A stretch of 64,000 nucleotides of DNA. Origin: an uncultured Gammaproteobacteria bacterium. Lineage in GTDB: Bacteria; Pseudomonadota; Gammaproteobacteria; UBA9214. The stretch is taken from assembly GCA_963753755.1 (NCBI GenBank), contig CAVWDM010000005.1, forward strand, positions 138,559 to 202,558, read 5' to 3'. Numbering within the stretch: position 1 is the stretch's first letter; the number at the start of each line of letters is the position of its first letter. The notes below the pieces were generated by a model. That model ran no database searches, was not told where the DNA came from, and saw nothing but the letters and a program-made list of their open reading frames with translations. Below, piece by piece: positions 61,760-64,000 of this stretch. Both the position numbers and the translations under genes were made by a program.

Positions 61760-62062
61760 TTACACGACTACGACGGAATTCTCGCTGTCACCGATGCTGC
61801 TTGGCAGATACTTGTCGGCCTGCCAGTCATTTTCCCAGCAGTCGTCATCGATCAGATACTTGAACTGGTATTCCCGGTTGGCAGGCAGGTCGAGCGTAAT
61901 GCTGTAGGAACCATCCTTGCGCCGCCTCAACAGGGTGCTGGCGGTATCCCAACTATTGAATTCTCCCACCAGTGCCACCGTGCGAGCGTTCCTGGTGACC
62001 TCCTGTGGCAACTCGAACGTTACCTTGCAGACCGGTTTTGTTTTCAGAAATCGCTTTTTCAT
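61760..62062 (-). CDS. E-set / CBM48-like (AMPK-beta glycogen-binding-type) domain protein
   Basis: ~100 aa with ...VALVGEFNSWD...YQFKYLIDDDCWEND..., the characteristic CBM48 pattern. Confidence 0.55.
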   Translation of the reverse strand: MKKRFLKTKPVCKVTFELPQEVTRNARTVALVGEFNSWDTASTLLRRRKDGSYSITLDLPANREYQFKYLIDDDCWENDWQADKYLPSSIGDSENSVVVV

Positions 62063-62110
62063 CTTCTTTAACCTCCTTCTGTCTGTGTATGAAAACGCGT
62101 GACACAGCTG

Positions 62111-63388
62111 CTAGCGTGTCCTGTCATGCCACCGCTGTGATTGTGACTGTAGCTCCAGCAGTTCCTCATCAACCCCCGCGGCATGCGTAAGCTCGGCGAC
62201 ATTCTCCTTGGTGAAGAAGCCCTGGAAATCACCGAAACGCTGTACATACTCGATGATGAGTGAGGAATGTTCCGAGGCGCTGGAGAATATCTGTTTCAGT
62301 CCCTGGTCGCGGGAGCCAATGACATCAAGCAGGAAGTTTCGTCCCTGTGCGGCGATCTGGCTGACGACATGTTCAATGTTTTCCTTACCGTCCGTCTCGC
62401 CGTCGCGTACCGCCAGCGCAAGGTGATGCAGCCGCGGACCGTAGTTGCGTGCAAAGGTCTCGGTAGGCGATGGCAGCCCGTCAAGGTGGTTGACGAAGTA
62501 GGGTGTGTTGTTGGCTGTGAATACCTTCGCCGGACTGTGGATCTCGCTGTTGTGGTGCACACTCTTGGTGACGTTGGTTGAGGAGTTCTGGTCACTGATG
62601 TCGTAGGAACCCCAGTAGTAATAACTCGACAGGGACAGCCATTCGAGAATGGCAACCTCCCGGTTCTGGCTGTAGATACGCGTCGCGAGATGGTCGATGG
62701 GCAGAATCAGATCGTCGATGCGCAGTTCCTTCTGCAGTTCCTTGGCAGCCAGGTAGACCTCCTGTACCTCGCTGTTGATGCTGCTGTTGCCAAGGGCATA
62801 GACGCGCAGCTGGTCAAGCGGACGTTCCATGTAACTGAGAATGTTGTGGGTGTAGGGTGACGGCTTGACGATGGCGAGGTTGCCGGGCAGTTCCAGCTTG
62901 CGGACCTCGTCCTGGGAGAAGAAGCGGAATTCCCGGCCCTGCTGGCATTCGACCACGCCGTGCAGGTCCTGCACGCGCAGTATTTCTCCCATGTAGCGGC
63001 TGTTGGGCTTGCGCGCGCCGATGGGGTAGACCTCGTTGAGGCTGCGAAAGATGCCGCGGGTGCGACGGTCCTTGACCTCGCGTATCAGGAAGTCCGGCGA
63101 GTTCATGTCGACGCGCAGGATATGCGTCCAGTGACTCTTGCTTTCCAGTGTCACCAGATAGTTGTAGGGCGTCATCAGCGCCAGTTCGCCAATGTAGCGA
63201 ATCGACTGGCCAGGATCGACGGTGATCATGATGGCCTCGATCTGGTCGATCAGGTCGGTGAGGCCGCTGCGGTCGCGCTCCTCCAGCAGACGCACCAGGT
63301 ATTCCTCGAAAAATGGCGAGTTCTGTTTGTCTCCGTTACGTGGGAATGTGATTGAGGGGGTCATGTCGAAGTTGCACCTGTTAATCAA
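62111..63388 (-). CDS. hypothetical protein with C-terminal VOC (glyoxalase/dioxygenase-like) region
   Basis: 425-aa ORF. The C-terminus contains ...GPRLHHLALAVRDGETDGKENIEHV..., reminiscent of VOC-family metal-binding modules; the N-terminal 250 aa are unrecognised. Confidence 0.35.
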   Translation of the reverse strand: MINRCNFDMTPSITFPRNGDKQNSPFFEEYLVRLLEERDRSGLTDLIDQIEAIMITVDPGQSIRYIGELALMTPYNYLVTLESKSHWTHILRVDMNSPDFLIREVKDRRTRGIFRSLNEVYPIGARKPNSRYMGEILRVQDLHGVVECQQGREFRFFSQDEVRKLELPGNLAIVKPSPYTHNILSYMERPLDQLRVYALGNSSINSEVQEVYLAAKELQKELRIDDLILPIDHLATRIYSQNREVAILEWLSLSSYYYWGSYDISDQNSSTNVTKSVHHNSEIHSPAKVFTANNTPYFVNHLDGLPSPTETFARNYGPRLHHLALAVRDGETDGKENIEHVVSQIAAQGRNFLLDVIGSRDQGLKQIFSSASEHSSLIIEYVQRFGDFQGFFTKENVAELTHAAGVDEELLELQSQSQRWHDRTR

Positions 63389-63408
63389 ATACTGTTTGCT
63401 AGCCCTGC

Positions 63409-64000
63409 TTATGCGAACCAGGTCTTGACGATCTGTTTATGTATGGCCGAGATGCCGATCTGCAATCGGTCAACCTCTGTGTGCAGCGAAACGGCATCAA
63501 GTTTTTCCGGCTTGATGCGGCTGACACGGTAGCGTGTCTCGCGCACAGGTTTGAGTGTCTCCTGGTGGCGTGGCAGGTCGCCGATGCACTCCTCGATCTG
63601 GTCGAGGCAATGCGCAACGGAGCGTGGCAGATAGTCATTTTGCAGCAGGTAGCTGACAACATCAGCACAGTGAACACCCAGCTGTATATCCTTGCGGTAC
63701 ATCTGGTAGGCGTTCAGGGCGCGCAACATGCTGGTCCAGACATGCACATCCAGACTGCCGACATCATCGGGCTTTTGCATGCTCATGGCACCGATATCGA
63801 CGACCCTCGTGGTCATGTCGGCGCGTTCGAGGTTGCGTCCGATGCGCACAAAATCATAGGCATGGTCATGGCTCATGGTACCGGCCAGCAGTCCGGTCAG
63901 CTGCTGGCAGTGGTGGATGATCTCGGTGAGGAATTCGAAGCGGCCACGGCGTGGCAGCGCATTGCCAATGTGGGCGCTTGCGTACAGCTGCAGTTCGTTG
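63409..64000 (-). CDS. alpha-E domain (DUF403) protein, partial; continues beyond the right edge
   Basis: ...RIGRNLERADMTTRVVD... alpha-E signature. The frame stays open upstream through position 64000 (…LTGLLAGTMSHDHAYDF…). Confidence 0.6.
   Translation of the reverse strand, partial: NELQLYASAHIGNALPRRGRFEFLTEIIHHCQQLTGLLAGTMSHDHAYDFVRIGRNLERADMTTRVVDIGAMSMQKPDDVGSLDVHVWTSMLRALNAYQMYRKDIQLGVHCADVVSYLLQNDYLPRSVAHCLDQIEECIGDLPRHQETLKPVRETRYRVSRIKPEKLDAVSLHTEVDRLQIGISAIHKQIVKTWFA

Noticed and set aside
1-64000. CRISPR arrays, rRNA and tRNA genes
   Set aside because: No regularly spaced direct repeats and no rRNA-like or cloverleaf-forming segments were seen anywhere in the window.

Overview
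High-GC (~60-65%) window that looks gammaproteobacterial and chemolithoautotrophic, with sulfur-oxidation and nitrate-handling genes. I found no rRNA, tRNA or CRISPR.

Gene content, left to right (coordinates are approximate where starts are uncertain):
- 1-4597 (-): a DAB-type CO2-hydration pair, dabB2 (NuoM-like) and a DUF2309 dabA2 that runs off the left edge.
- 4792-6393: mobB (-) and a TauE/SafE family exporter (+).
- 6419-12328 (-): periplasmic nitrate reductase operon napDAGHBF, with no napC.
- 12380-12393: an FNR/Dnr-type box in the divergent intergenic region shared with the next operon.
- 12742-18256 (+): a B-family (ba3-like, or sNOR-like) heme-copper oxidase operon. It has a 50-aa subunit IIa, a CuA subunit II, and a subunit I that is split by a frameshift, followed by a dihaem cytochrome c and a CcoI/FixI-type Cu P-type ATPase.
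- 18552-23116 (+): fccAB (flavocytochrome c sulfide dehydrogenase), soxYZ, and an octahaem HAO/Otr-family cytochrome c.
- 23284-23832 (+): a secreted TPR protein.
- 23941-32634: a nitrate-assimilation locus. nirB and the NasA-like molybdoenzyme are both broken by several frameshifts, nirD is intact, and the Mo enzyme sits next to an unusual DmsB/DmsC-like FeS-membrane-anchor fusion. nasT (ANTAR regulator) is divergent.
- 32912-37407 (+): a tightly packed four-gene redox operon of unknown function downstream of nasT. It encodes a NirB-like flavoprotein carrying BFD [2Fe-2S] motifs and a C-terminal membrane domain, an ~11-haem cytochrome c, a Tll0287/DUF3365 c-haem protein and a single-domain globin.
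- 37883-41263 (+): nrtABC(D) nitrate ABC transporter, with nrtB frameshifted.
- 41300-48900: a lower-GC acquired region containing an integrase remnant, an excisionase, Cu/Zn SOD, a truncated SRAP/YedK, repeated GTCCGTACRG palindromic sites, and an ATP-grasp ligase next to an isoaspartyl peptidase.
- 48927-53103 (-): a second DAB operon, dabBA, intact.
- 53270-54360: a decayed group-II-intron-like reverse transcriptase and an IS110 transposase remnant.
- 54748-61593 (-): a transglutaminase / circularly-permuted ATP-grasp+alpha-E / DUF2126 operon.
- 63409-64000 (-): the start of a second alpha-E locus, running off the right edge.

The several frameshifted genes are read from the supplied ORF track; where each split falls is only approximate.
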